64,000 nucleotides of DNA from Rotaria socialis (taxonomy: Eukaryota). The stretch is from positions 1 to 64,000 of the forward strand of contig CAJNYD010000055.1 of assembly GCA_905331295.1 (NCBI GenBank), written 5' to 3'. Numbering within the stretch: the first letter of the stretch is position 1; each line of letters starts with the position of its first letter. Position numbers and translations under genes: made by a program. Under the pieces are notes generated by a model that saw only the letters and a program-made list of their open reading frames with translations, ran no database searches and was not told the origin of the DNA. Of the stretch, positions 23,901 through 36,317 are shown one piece after another.

Positions 23901-26900
23901 AATAACTGTAGTCAATTTTATTCATCAACTATCATAATAGTTAATTGTTTTCATCTGTAAATAAATATTCGAGTAAACTGTACGTTTATTTTCGAATTAT
24001 TTTACTTTTAGAAAACGAAAAACGAAAAGAAAAAAGAAGTATATCACATTTGTATGTTTTACTTCAACAGATTGACTTAATATTATATGTATGATAGGAA
24101 ACATATTATGCAAAACGAATAATGATAAACGAAGTCATTTGATCTCGCATCCAAAACATACGCGACCTTCCTTACTTGCCTTGAATTTCTGTATATAAGG
24201 GAATAAGATGAAAGAAAAATCTCAACGTTCGGTCAAGGTCACTTTGATTTGTTGAATTTTGGGAATCTTATTGTTCTATATCGTATCGACAAGGTTAAAC
24301 TCGTTTTAGACATATACATACATAAAATATAACGACGATCAATCAACCTTCAATGTGCCAGTAACATCAACAATGATGATGACAACGAGGCTTTCAAGGC
24401 TTGAAGATACTATTGCTACTATTCATTGTTGATGCTGGTATTTTCTTCTTTTCTTGCTTTTCTAGAATAGCGCGATGATGTGTGTTCAAGAACAAATATT
24501 GCTTTCTCTGCTTCTTTCTATCTTCTTCTTTTCTCGTTCTCTCTCAAAAATACACAAATGCAATCATCAACGAACGACTATACAAAGAATGTGTATGACG
24601 CAATCGAATGTTCTCTATGTGATTTAATCAAGAAACGAATACACAAAGCAAAGAAGGAGAAAAAAGAACTTGTTGATCGAGCATCACTCAAGGCTTTAAG
24701 ATATATGCGTGTGTATTCAATAGCCTTGAACAACTGTTCGAAATGTTCGTTTTCGTATTAAATTGGATACTATACTTCCATTTTCAAAATAGTGCGTTCT
24801 CTTTCTTTTTCATTGCTTTTTTGTTTTATTTGACACTCTTACCTTGATTACATACGCATTTTCTGCTTTTTTTTCTCATGCAATCTGCTGTTCAAATATA
24901 CATTCACGAAAAAGTAACCCTGAACGGACCTTGAACTGTAATGATTGTGAAAGGGACAATATATATATATATATATATATATATTACATATTACACCAAG
25001 AGAACGAGCGTAAAGAGAAAAAAAAGAAAAAAGGCTTCACTTTTCTTCTAGAATAATTACAAAAACAGACGAGCGAACTCTGTTGTAAACAAGCAAAAAA
25101 AATAGAGCTTGCGTAAATGTAACTTAATAATAAAAAGAGAACCGTTGTAAGATTACATCATCGAAGTTAACAATATAGCTTACCTAATATTTCAATCATT
25201 TCTTCCATTTTTTGTTTCATTTCTACAAGAATAAAATTAATAAATGCTAGAAAATAAAAAAAAAACGATGAGTGTTACATAAAATAAACATAAATGATGG
25301 AATCAATTGCATTTATTCCTCATCTCGCTTTTATTTTAGACCATAATAGGCATTAGCAAATAATCATGCTCAATACAAGGATATTTTCTTATGTAATTTT
25401 GATAGTTCTAAAGGGTACCACACTCGTTATCAAGCGATTTAAAAATTAATCGCTCTCTTACGTTCGACAAAAGCAAAATTTATGCAATTCTTGAGCAGTT
25501 TATTGTACATAGTGTGCACTGAATAATTACGCAGCTCGAATTCTATAGCGTTTATCACGATTAACAAACTGCAGTGATATGATTGCTTACTATCATACGG
25601 TTTTTCTCGGAGTTTTTTATTTGATATTTTTAAATAAAAACAACTTCTCGGAATAGAAAAAGTTATCCATTTAAGTTGTGCTCACAGCCAGCTTCGTTTT
25701 ACAAAACAATTCTTTAGCAATATTTTCTTCTAGAATCTCAGAAAGAGAAAACGTTTTCAACACAAAACTCGATCTCGACCGCCAAATAAAAATAGGCTAT
25801 AACATTCATGTAAACGATAGTTGTGCGCGATGATGCTTCGTTTTAAATTGAGTTAACCTTATATCGAGCATAGAAATTCTTACGCTCTATATATCCAGTC
25901 ATCGAGTTCAATCGTCAATCTTCAGTAAAAAGAAATAGTAATAATATTTTATATACTTATTTGAAGAATTGAATGAGAGAAAGTGTGTGTTGTGTGTGAA
26001 TACAAGACTACAAGATACATTCGTAATTCTTAGGTCAACCAATACAACTATTTATATGACTCGTAATCTTTATTCTGGAATAGCTTGAATGCTTTTTGCA
26101 CATGTGTTACCAGTAAAATACACGAACGGTCAACACTAAACGATGACTCGAGTGAATGTTCCTCATTAATTGATTAGGATAGATGCCTACAAAAATATAT
26201 CAACAAGAAATCTAAAAATAGTTCCCAACATTATTATTATTATTATTATTATTATTATAGTAAACGTATCCATAGCAGCAATTATACATGTGAAACACTG
26301 TCGTTATTTACTAAGGATCTTCAGCCAATTTTCTATCGAATACAAAAGGGAAACATTTTTTCTTCGTCTAAAGTGACTGAGAACATCTAAGACACTATTC
26401 AGACAAAAGACAAGTTTTTTTTATTTTATTTTATTTATATTTGTGGTTGCATGACGCAAAATCAAATCCATCAAATTTTTGACATAATAGAAAAAGCCTT
26501 AGAAAATTCAGGATCAGAATAAAAATAAATTATGGCAATCATTAATGAAGATATACAATTGCTTGTCATATGGCTTCTTGCTAACTTCTAAGTTTTCATT
26601 CGCCTAGCAATTTTATTCTACCGTTCGAATTATGAGATCGCAAACAAACCAATAATGTTCGTTTTGAATTAACATGCACATAATATTACTTGTTATTTTT
26701 ACGCATTACTATGTTTTTGTTACCACTGATTAAGCACAAGCAAAAAAGTTAGTCGTACTGTCCTGTACGCCATTGTAAAATTTTATTAATCACTATGGTA
26801 TTAAACTCGCACCCATTTTGGCGATTAATTTCAATGTTTTAAGAATGATGGTATTGCAAGTGTAAGGTTACAAAATCGATTATATTCGATTTCGATTTAT

Positions 26901-28457
26901 AATAGTAATAACTGCAATAGTAAGAAGTACATTAGTGTGCTCTTCGTATTAAAATAGATTACAATAAGAGATTCATATGTAGGAATGAGTTTGTAAAAAA
27001 AAGTTACATTCGTTCTCTTCTTTTCTAACACGAATACACTTGGAACTTCATTGGTAGATAGGATTGAAGAGAAAATTTTATTTTTATGTTTGCGCAAGAG
27101 AAGAATTGAATGTTCTACACATTTATGGCAGGCTCCAACGAATGAAGCAATAAACGACAGCGTATATCAATGCTTCTTATGAGTTCGTCGTTATTCTTCT
27201 ATATTAGATTTCTAAGGAAATCCCTTAAATCTCTCTAGCGATTCACTAGGGCGATTCTTCGACAAAGGTGCTTAAGGAATTGTGGTATTGTGTTCTAATT
27301 AAAACTCAAATTGCCGTACTAAAGTATCAATTTAAAAATGTTGAAGATTAATCTCTGTTTTATTTTTAAATCAAAATCATCAGTTTCAATAATTATTTAT
27401 GACTTGTGTAACTATTTGTTTGATATGATCTTTCTTGACGCAATCGTTACATAATCACTTTTTTTGAACAAAATAAAAATCCGATATGAAGAAAGTGGTA
27501 TTAGTCTGTCGCTTTTAAGCATATCATGAAACTAATTAGTAGACCTTTTAAATACCATTACATGATGAAATGATAGATCATTTTGATAAGTTCAGAAAGA
27601 ATAATTATCAAGGCTTCTCGTATATTTGAATTCGTTTTTAACAAATGACTGATAAAGTCATGAAAGGACATCGATTAGGACTGATTGTATACGTTGTCAG
27701 AAGTGTTACTGAGACCTACCAAAGAATAATAAATAATGCATCGATTGATGAAGAAAAAATGACACCTATTTGTTAATGTAGAGATACGAAAAAGTACTTG
27801 ACTTTTGTAAAATAAGATTCAAAGTCAGAATCTCTTATGTTCTCTCATCCATCGACGTTCGATTCTCTTTTAGAATACTGAAAGACAATTATGTATCCTA
27901 CGAGTATGGAAGTCTGCTATCTACAATATACTTTACTATGGTCACTAACGTCTCACGGACGAAAATGGTGGATTAACAAGCAACATCATTGAATTTAAGA
28001 TAGCTGTCTTTTTTTCTGCAGCTTTCTTCCTGGTCATAATCTATTACGATTATCATCACTCATCCATGGCATAGATTGATAAACTTCATCTTTTTGCTAT
28101 ATCAACAACTGTATATTGTTTGAATCTGTACACAACAATTTCTTTCGCGTGATAAATACACCGTGTTTTTTAAATATCAATAAGGATTGATTCGGATCAT
28201 TGACGTCTTTTATTCCTTATTGGATGATTGAAAACATTGACTCAGATGATTTAGAATTGAGCAGAAGTGCAAAAAACATGAATATAACGATTCAAGTTTT
28301 CAATAACAAAATTTTCACAGCAAGCTAAAAAGTTAAGTTCATTATTTGATATGATTGCGTATGCTAATCGAAGTTCATCACTGTTGTATTAAACAAAAAA
28401 AGACATTTTGTATCCGCGATTCGGCAAGATGAAAAAACGCAAGTAGTCTATATTTCA

Positions 28458-31400
28458 TCACTTTTCGTCGTCAACCAAAGCAAGAACACATACAGTACGA
28501 GTTGGAGCATAAATCTAAATCAAAACAATTAATATTGAAAACAAACTAAAGCTTTATTTGACATTACTTTAAACGAATATGGTCTGTCGTCCCAACTGAT
28601 ATTTTCCGTACAAAATACTTGTTCACTATTGATTCTATCATGACCATCGAATAGTTTTGCATCCGAATTAAGCACAATTTTATATCTAATAGAAAATCTT
28701 ACGATTATAATCAAAATCAAATATTATTTTTACTTTCCACTTTGACCACATCCAATGCGATAGTCAGGAAAACTTTTATTTCCATGAAAATTAAATATAA
28801 ACATTAACCCTTGATTGCCACGTTCAAATACTATTATTTTATCAGTTTCGATTCGTCGACTAATACACTAAAAAAATGTTCATAGATGCTAATGAGTATT
28901 CATAGATATCATAATACTCTATTGATTATTTAAGCATGTTTTATTTCCTCTCATAGCCAAACCGTTGTTCCTATGTGTCATTACTCGATATTTTCGAATG
29001 ACTTTCTTATTGTAAGATTTCAGGAAATGTAATTATTGTTGTGCATTGTCATCTCTGAAGTGATTTGAATATCATCTCTTACACGTAACTATTTCCGTGA
29101 TTTCATTTGCGGAAGGATTTAAGCGCGAATTATTACAAGAGTAACATCTATATCCTGCATAGAAGTAGTGTGTTTTGTACGTAGTAGTATTATGATCTCA
29201 TTTTGAGTTTCAATTCATTTACTGTATTCTGCGCTGATAACCATTTGTATTCTTCTTCCAAGACGTTCATTGCTTTATCCCATGCATTAAGATATTTAAA
29301 TCTTAAATTTTCATCATCACATAGATAGAAAAGACGACGAGCATGTTTATAGCTTTCATTATTTCCTATTCGAGGAAAATCAAGCCATTCAGGATGACCA
29401 AATTCATTACCTACAATAGAAAAAACTCATACAAGAACCATGCTTGTATTATTTATACATTTACCTTCAAAATTAAGCCAACCTTCTCCTCCTAATGCAT
29501 ATGTTAATAAACGAATCATTTTATGAAATGCTAAACCACGGTCAATAATTCCTGTTCGTTCGTCGAAAATTGACATATTACTATAAATCTGTTCGTCTAG
29601 CAACCATTGTGCAATAGTTTTATCACCAACAATCGACTGATCATGACTTTCAGCATAGGCTATATTTTTTTCTGATGCTCGACGATTGATTAATGCCCAT
29701 GTTATATTTCCCATATGCCAATCTTCGTCTTTTTTTTCTTTTAATAACTTGAAAAGTTGAAAGAATGTATTCATTTACATTGATAGAATAGAACAAACTT
29801 TAATCCAAACATCTGGAATAGCCATAGCTAAACGATAATCAAAGCCAGCACCGCCTTCAGCAATGGGTCGACATAATGTTGGCATGCCTGAGACATCCTT
29901 CAGGATAAAATTTATACATGAATGGTCTTCATCTTTTAATCACTATGAAACATACTTCTGCGATTCTTATGGAGTCGGGAAAAAATGTTTGACAAACATA
30001 ATTCGCTAGCTGAAGATAATTAAATGAATCAGTGTCAGCTGCTAAACCAAAGTATTCATCATATGAACCAGAAAAGCTATGTGCTATAAAAAAAAAAGAA
30101 AATTATTTGAATGAAATCAACAAAATCATTTATTACCAATGCCATGCGAATGATAAAGCATTGACGAAACACCATCGAATCGAAAGCCATCAAATTTGAA
30201 TTCTTCTAACCAGTATCGAATATTGGAAAGAAGAAATCTCATGACTTCACGTCTAGGAGAATGAAAAACATACATAAGTAGAATAATGAAAATTGAAAAA
30301 GAATCATAAAAGTTCTTGTTGACAATTTAAATATTCGTATAATTCAGAAATTAGTTCAACGAAAGGCGATGATTCATATTGGGTTAACTCCAGCTGTAGG
30401 ACTGATTTGTTTTTTTTTACATTAGACATGAAGAATATCTTGAATTCTAATACCACGGTTCAGATCGATGACTTCATAGTCGAATTTCTATTGAAATGTA
30501 TCGGAAACTCAACTCATCCGGCAGGAAATCACTGAAAATTGATCGCATACAATGCAGCGTTTCAGACCGGAAAGTCTGCGAATTTTTTTCTGGTAGTTTG
30601 TTATCCCTCTGTACCGGAACCGGTTTGTACTTCTTGAAAGGATTATGCTTGAGCACTAACGTGTAGAACGAGAAAACAATGATGCTATGTCTATTTCATA
30701 GGTGGGAAAAAATGACGAAATTACCGCAATAAATCATAGAGTTTCCAGTGAAGTTTTAGTAAATCACATATGAACGACAATTTTAACAACAAGTATGATG
30801 AATGATCTATTGTCACCGAAAAACAAATAATAGTTTCTTTAGTGTTTTTGCAAGCTATTCAGTATGTACAAGAAAAATTCAACGCATTCGCTTGATCTTC
30901 AAATTGAATGTGTAGTTTAATAAATCACAGAAAATTCGATGAGCACTTTATCGGGCTGGCAAACTGTTGGCTATATGTTATAGTTATTGAAAATGGGATT
31001 TATAGTATTGAGGCGTTGTTTTCTCAGTGAATGTTTGAGTAATCGTCTAATTTTCATAGCTTATGATTGCTTATACTTTCCTAGTGTTCGCAGATGTTAT
31101 CGAATCTTTTGTACGACTGTGAAGCTTAGATACAACAACATTGAACTTGAAATTGCGGACATCAGGAACAAAAATAAGATTACCAGGACATTTACAAGAG
31201 TAAAACATAGAAAATATAATAGTTGTAAGTGCTGACTTTTTAGATAACTAAAGCCAATGAAACTAATTTTCTGTATCAAGTCTTTCTTATTTCAGATTTT
31301 CAGAATTTAAACTTATTAGTTTTTTTAGTAACAATATTATCTGATGGCAATTGAATGTTTTCTTACCAGAATATAAATCAAACAAAAAATTTGGCTTTCA

Positions 31401-32767
31401 TTCGTATTGCCTGGATTTATGTTTTCTAAAATGTAGAAACTTACTCTAAATAATTAAAACATCGACTATCCCAAAGGGTATGATAACCGCGTGCACTATC
31501 GTGAAAGAAACAACCAACTGTACCATCAAACATATTAAGTCCATCCACTACATTTGTAGAACTATGACTATGAACAATATCAAGTAGCACAGCTAAGCCA
31601 TATTTATGCGCCTCATCAATTAATGCTTTTAATTCTTCAGGTGTACCATACCGACTAGAAAATAAAGTAGACTAATAAAAATCGATACATTAATTTTATT
31701 AAAAACCTTGATGCAGCAAAATAACTTGTTACTTGGTAACCAAAACTAGCATAATAAGGATGTTCCATAATAGCCATTACTTGAATTGTATTATAGCCTA
31801 TATTTGAAAATTTGTTCAAAAGAATTTTAAAGTTCAATTTTAAAAATAGACCTTGTTTAACAATACGAGGAATAACATTAACCCGAAAATTTTTGTACGT
31901 AGCAATTTCTTGCTTTGGTGAACTAATCCCTACATGAGCTTCGTAAATTTTCAATCGATCACGTTTTTTTGGTTGAGAATATTTAAATTGATAAATTTCA
32001 TCAATCGGAGGATTGTAAAATACACCATGATAAACAGACGATTTTTCTGCTCGCTGTACATAACGTGACCATGGACACAGACGATCAACTAATTGACCAT
32101 TACCGATTTCAAGAAGTAACTAAAATAAAAATTTATCAACAACTTACACTAGATGAGATTTATATTTTCATCTCTACTTTAATTGCTTGCCCATGTTTAA
32201 TAGTCGTAGATCCATCGGACAACGGTGGAATTGTCACTCGCCATACACCCCACTGATCGCATGTAAATGGATATTCTCGTTCTTTCCAATTATCTATAAA
32301 AGAGAAAAAAAACTACCATAATAGCGAAGTATATATTATGTTTTAAATACAAACTAAAATCCCCACGAATATACATTGCTTTTGCTCCAGGTGCCCATTC
32401 TTTAATATTTATCTCATTTGTTTGAGGATTAACATGAATACCAAAATGTTTATATGCAGATGTAAAATGGTCGACACCTTGTTCTTCAGTTTCAAGTCGT
32501 TTAAGAATTTGTTGAAAGACATAATAACTAAATACAAAAGATTAATTGTTGATTTTAATAGATTTATTTTACCGTCGTCGAATTTCATCTTGATATGGTT
32601 CAAGATATGAATCAAGTTTGAGTAAATTATCGAGTTCAGGTACTACAACACGTTCAACTTCACCCGTTGTTGGCTGTAATAATCTGTGAAAGAATTATAA
32701 TTTAACTCAAAGATTATTTTGTTTCAATTTAGGTTAACCTTTGCAAATTAATCGCACCGGGAATCAT
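28458..32767 (-). CDS. GBE1: 1,4-alpha-glucan (glycogen) branching enzyme, GH13, many exons; start codon tentative
   Basis: [102 protein letters not shown], ending [18 protein letters not shown]. Confidence 0.96.
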
Positions 32768-33771
32768 TAATGAATAATGAAAATTAAAAATATAGGATTT
32801 TTGTTACTAAATAAACTTTTAGACTAGTATCCCAGCAAATTTTTGGTACATTTTCCCATGTGATTTATCATACAGAACAGAAAAAATTTATTATTCACAT
32901 TGGCTGTGTTGATTATTCTTTCGATGATGTCAATCGAAAGAGGTCGGTTTATGCTGATTTTTCACGTTTGATATTTTTTAAAACTAAGGACATGATGACC
33001 ATAATATATGAACAATAAAAAAATTAGTTGTTCACTTTAGATAAATACCTGTCATCAGTTGATATAAGTGACTAAATTATTTATTATGAAGTAATTATAA
33101 TAACAATTGCGGAAAACTTTTGATGGCTTTATTGGAAGCAATATCTTACCTAGCTGAATAGATACAACATGAATGAAACATTTACATCGATGGGTTCATT
33201 TTTTAACGGTAAAGCCTAATTTGATCTCAGAGCTTGATATGAGTTCATGTTTATAGGTTAGCGAAGTTGACACTCGATTCGCCTGGGAAACTGCTCCAAG
33301 TATTGCTCGATGGTCTCTATCCTACGGCGAATGTGAGGATAGTAGTTGTTAGAAGCTCCACGGCCTATAGATTTGTTAGATCAGTGTTGAATTTTCTTTG
33401 AAATATGATAATTACGTGATGCAACTAATGTATCCTAGTTAAACAATACCGTATTGATCATAAGAATTAGTTATATCAATTAAAAATATTTGATCCTCCT
33501 TAGTTTTAAAATGTACTGTAAAACTTGAATGTTAATACTTCATAAAGAAATCATTTTATTTCTGCTTGATTGTAGTTAATATATTCACACATGACTAATA
33601 AATTAAAAATAACAAGAATATCCTGTAATTCTATTGAAAATTTCAGTTCATCAAAACTAAAACAATTCTTGATCAGATTCACACATGCTACTCTATTGTG
33701 TTTGAGAGCTTTTCAGATAGAGCTTCTCTTAATGTTTAAAAATTTTCTTTCAATGTTAGAGTAATTCCTTG

Positions 33772-34947
33772 CTAATGATTTTGAGTAAGCATTTTATAAT
33801 AAGCACCACGTTGTTGTGTCAACTCTGTATGAGTACCACTCTCGATTACTTTTCCCTTATTAACTACACATATTGAATCACATGAACGAATAGTCGAGAG
33901 ACGATGAGCAATAATCAGTGATGTTCGACTAGGATCTTCTATTTGAGCATGTTCAAGAGCTTCTTGTACGATCTATCAATGACAAATGAAGATGAAACAA
34001 CGATCGGTGCGTAGGAAAATTACTTGTTCATTTTGTGAATCCATAGCACTTGTAGCTTCATCTAGTAGCAATACTTTAGGACGACGAATAAGAACTCGAG
34101 CAATAGCAATACGTTGCTTCTCGCCACCTGATAGAAAACTACCTTTGATTCCTACTTTGGTTTCATAGCCCTAAAACAAATATCACACAACAATAAACGG
34201 TGCACTACATAACTTATTAGTATTTTACGTCAGGTAATTGTTCAATAAATTGATGAATGTTAGCTTTTTTTGCTGCATCAATGATGTCAGTCATCGAAAC
34301 ATCTTCTAAGCCATATGCTATGTTTTCAGCAATTGTTAAATCAAATAAAATTGGTTCTTGACTAACAAGGCCGAATTGAGAGCGCACCCAATGAATATTT
34401 AGCTGTCGAATATCGACACCATCAAGAAGCTAGATCAGATGAATGAAAGGTATGTAATTGCAGAAATCATCTATTCCAGAATAACTCACTATTTGGCCTT
34501 CTTTGACATCATAGAATCGTTGTAACAGTTGAATTGTTGTTGATTTTCCACATCCCGATCCACCTATAGCGATTATGTCTCATGAGTAATACTCAATAAC
34601 AACATGAAAATTAAGCATACCGACAAGAGCCACACGTTGACCTTATCAATCAAATGTATCAAAAAACATTGATTCAATCGAAGTTTGTCTGACTTACTTG
34701 GCATAATATTTAATTGAAATTTGTTAAGAACAACAGATGGTGGTCGAGTCGGATAGATGAATTTTACGTCATCGAATTTAATATCTCCATGAAAATCATC
34801 CTACATAAACCATATGATATGAATGGCATGTGCATGATGAACATAAAGTAGCTAATATTCTATGTTTTCTTACTAATTCTTGCCCTTCATCAGATCCATT
34901 ATCAATAGTTGGTATTCGATCGAATAAATTGAAAAACGATTGAGCAG
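33772..34947 (-). CDS. ABCB1: ABCB/P-glycoprotein transporter, C-terminal nucleotide-binding domain only (5' part lost in the assembly gap)
   Basis: YPTRP, Walker A Gx[26 protein letters not shown], signature [13 protein letters not shown], Walker [26 protein letters not shown], stop at 33772-33774. Confidence 0.93.
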
Positions 34948-35047
34948 NNNNNNNNNNNNNNNNNNNNNNNNNNNNNNNNNNNNNNNNNNNNNNNNNNNNN
35001 NNNNNNNNNNNNNNNNNNNNNNNNNNNNNNNNNNNNNNNNNNNNNNN
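34948..35047. other. Assembly gap (100 N)
   Basis: Run of N; a round length of 100 suggests a placeholder of unknown true size. Confidence 0.99.
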
Positions 35048-35249
35048 AATTGATCATTTTTCTAAAGATGAAAAGATTGCTTAGTAGAAAAAAACTACTA
35101 AATCAACCAGGAAAAAAATTACACACCGGTAATGATGGAATCGTTAAATATTCAACAGTTTTAGTCAATTTTGAAACTGTTTTTTTTAATGATCTTATAC
35201 CACTGATCATCTCTTGTTTAAACTTAGATTCTAAATTAAAAAAAAAGAA

Positions 35250-36250
35250 ATCGACATTGGAAAAACCTGCGATGCAACAAAACTTGAATGAGTTTTACCA
35301 GTATTTGTATCAATATGGCGATGATCATCTTGTGAAGAGCTGGTGAACCCTGAAACATTACCTATCATATTATATTTTAACATAAGACACATACAAACAA
35401 TCGAAAAAAAATTCATTGATACCAGTAATTTTATCTGGATGATTATTATTTGAATTATTTTTAGCAGGAAGATCATGAGAAACGGTAACTTTGGATTGGC
35501 ATCTACCATTCCTTTGTAAGGAGCGATCTGTACCAAACAAAAAATGTAGAAAAAAGAGTGAAAATGAAAAGATCAAATTAAAAAAGACATACCACGATTA
35601 AAACGTTGATTTGATTGGGATGTTGTCTTGGCTTTATTATATGAACGTTTCAAAGCAGCTATATAAAAAAAAGAAGCGTTGTAACAATCTCTCAAGTTGA
35701 TAATAACATCTATTACGAGTGCTAAGTCCATCACTAGGTCTTTTTAAACAACTAGTTGATGATTGACCAATATACCAGTCGTCGTCATTATCTTCATCTT
35801 CACTTATTTCATTGTCATCATCGTCGTCTTCATCTTGTTCTTAAATAAATGTTAAAAGATCTGAGGGAAATGTAAAATTTATTACCATCTATTGCTTTTG
35901 TCTTCGTTTTGTTCTTCCATTTCCTGCACCTTCAACTTTAATTCTTTTCGACAATAATCTAAAGTACCTAAAATATTTCACAAAATACTTCTCGTATCAC
36001 AAGATTCTAATCATCTTGATATCAATAAAATCTCACCTGATTTCAGGATCCGTATATCACCAGCAATGTTGGTAACGACGGCTTTATCATTTGTTATCTT
36101 CTGAACGCTTGAACGACCAATAACTCGATATTTTTTCGGATCATCATGAGAAATTAAATAATAATACGCTTGTAATGGATCCGACGGAGAAAATTTTTTT
36201 TTTTGATTTTTTTTCTCGTTGGCTTCGATCAGAAAACATTTTAGTTGATT
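35250..36250 (-). pseudogene. Second (accessory) spliced ORF of the CMC transposon
   Basis: Exon-like segments YYYLISHDDPKKYRVIGRSSVQKITNDKAVV / TLDYCRKELKLKV / acidic EQDEDDDDDNE separated by short GT-AG introns, with an in-frame TAA near 35842; same strand and directly downstream of the transposase. Confidence 0.5.
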
Positions 36251-36317
36251 ATATTAAATGATATACTTGAATTTTTATCTGAAACAGAAAGATGGTTTAA
36301 ATGAATTGTCAAGGAAA

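Noticed and set aside
20958..25056. Several 60-146-aa ORFs upstream of FoxO
   Set aside because: Phe/Lys-rich low-complexity translations of A/T runs with no splice or motif support.
30470..30790. CCGGA-rich patch in the long GBE1 intron, possibly a MITE
   Set aside because: No matching TIR pair or TSD could be identified.
33255..33295. GGTTAG...CGCCTGGGAA resembling part of 5S rRNA
   Set aside because: Short match only; the rest of the 5S sequence is absent.
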